Source of the DNA: Escherichia phage vB_EcoM-Pr121LW
Reading direction: 5' to 3' (one strand)
Sequence record: MH752840.1
DNA: 64,000 nt
The position numbers were made by a program, and so were the translations under genes. This document shows positions 62,816 to 64,000 of the stretch, in pieces (position 1 is the stretch's first letter; each line of letters opens with the position of its first letter). Under the pieces are notes generated by a model. That model did not search any database. It saw only the letters and a list, made by a program, of their open reading frames with translations, and was not told the origin of the DNA.

Positions 62816-63982
62816 TTACTTAGCGTACTCGATTAATTCCACAGTTTTACCAAAGCTAGGGATATAATTTTTATTATACCCTTCGGTTAGAACCCATAAA
62901 GTATCGTACTTTTTCCACTTGTTGTCAACAGCCTTTTGTTCAAAGTTATGCTCAAAGTATAGGTCGGTCAGGACGATGACATCTTTTGCATTCGGTATGT
63001 TAGCATCCAGATACTCGAACACGCAAGCAGCTGTTGTGCCCCATGTTGAGTGGACCTCATAGTTGATCATCTCGTCTATGTTGCCGCGAGTGTATACTTT
63101 AACCTCTCCAACCTCAGTTGACCAACAGAACATTGTAACCTTAAACTCTTTATACAGATTGCACAATCCTGTGATTTCATTGAACATTTTCTTTAAAGTT
63201 CTTTGAGAGATCGAGCCAGAAACGTCCAAAGCCACCACAATATCTATAGTGTTTTCCGGATTACGACCAGGAACAATAACGTGTTGGTTCTTGTTTATAG
63301 CTCCGACTTTTCGCATTGTGCTGGTCAAAGACCCAGATCGGCGACCAGGTTTTCTGTAGGTCAGTTCGGCCTTTCTTTTAGACAACATACGCTGCTTGAT
63401 GATGTCTATATAATTGATTACAGGCTTACCTCTATTCTTGACAAACTCACGAACCGCCTCAGGGCAACGACCTCCGGAAGCTTGCATTGCTGCCTCAAGC
63501 ATGTCACCAGAGTCCTGCATGGCCTGATCTTTATCAGATTGGCTGATTACAGGTTGTGGCTGATCATACCCCATCGCCTTTCCAAGATCATCACTAGTGC
63601 CACCGTTACCACTCATGTGATCGTCGGTTTGTCGTTTATCTCCTTGAGAGTTCTCGCCTTTACCGCTCTTACTTTTACCGTTATTCTGATCTCTTTGCTT
63701 ATCAAGAACTGCATAAACGTTCTCAGCAATCCATCCATGAAACTTCATGTCGCAGTAGCAGCTGGCTAAGAAGCCAAAAGGCTTACCTTTCACGAACGTA
63801 GTGCTTTTCCCCTTCGGGAAGAAAACACAAGGAGGTTTGCTAAAGTCAACCACAAGGCCTGTGTTGATAACGTGATCACAAGCAATATTGAACAGTTCCG
63901 GCTCAAAGCTTTTACCACGGACCAGGTGATCACAGATAATATGCCCCACCTCATGTGACAGAAGGAAGGCCACCTCTTTCAC
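62816..63982 (-). CDS. metallopeptidase-like plus von Willebrand factor A domain protein
   Basis: N-terminal HEVGHIICDH (HExxH-like) and C-terminal MIDAS-like motif ALDVSGSIS; 388 aa. Confidence 0.55.
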   Translation of the reverse strand: MKEVAFLLSHEVGHIICDHLVRGKSFEPELFNIACDHVINTGLVVDFSKPPCVFFPKGKSTTFVKGKPFGFLASCYCDMKFHGWIAENVYAVLDKQRDQNNGKSKSGKGENSQGDKRQTDDHMSGNGGTSDDLGKAMGYDQPQPVISQSDKDQAMQDSGDMLEAAMQASGGRCPEAVREFVKNRGKPVINYIDIIKQRMLSKRKAELTYRKPGRRSGSLTSTMRKVGAINKNQHVIVPGRNPENTIDIVVALDVSGSISQRTLKKMFNEITGLCNLYKEFKVTMFCWSTEVGEVKVYTRGNIDEMINYEVHSTWGTTAACVFEYLDANIPNAKDVIVLTDLYFEHNFEQKAVDNKWKKYDTLWVLTEGYNKNYIPSFGKTVELIEYAK

Positions 63983-64000
63983 AGATTTTGGGGAATAGAA

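Noticed and set aside
63203-63769. 188-aa plus-strand ORF inside the metallopeptidase-VWA gene
   Set aside because: Antisense shadow ORF within a CDS that has recognisable motifs; no RBS.

Overview
This window reads as a contiguous segment of a large tailed-phage genome with no integrase, CRISPR array or prophage boundary. Left to right: a minus-strand block (1-6250) with a lambda R-like endolysin, ATP-dependent DNA ligase, MazG-like protein, a zinc-ribbon-less Sir2-family protein and a T4 Rnl1-type RNA ligase; a divergent polynucleotide kinase plus metallophosphoesterase pair; an HTH gene followed by four palindromic iterons, an AT-rich tract and a GC-rich structured non-coding segment; a tRNA cluster (Arg, Tyr, Ser, Thr, Met, Pro plus one atypical tRNA-like element); a spanin pair; a terminase large-subunit gene interrupted by an ORF-less group I intron; portal, scaffold and major capsid genes; a contractile-tail module (sheath-like, tube-like, chaperone with a UUUUUUC -1 frameshift site, tape measure, Mu/P2-like baseplate genes); several fibre genes; and a minus-strand block of small genes ending in a metallopeptidase-VWA protein. 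The most unusual features are the terminase intron, a perfect 127-bp tandem duplication that truncates a lambda J-like central fibre gene, the lambda-like J module sitting inside a Mu/P2-type baseplate cluster, and the Sir2/RNA-repair gene neighbourhood. All calls rest on motif recognition by eye; no database search or folding was run.
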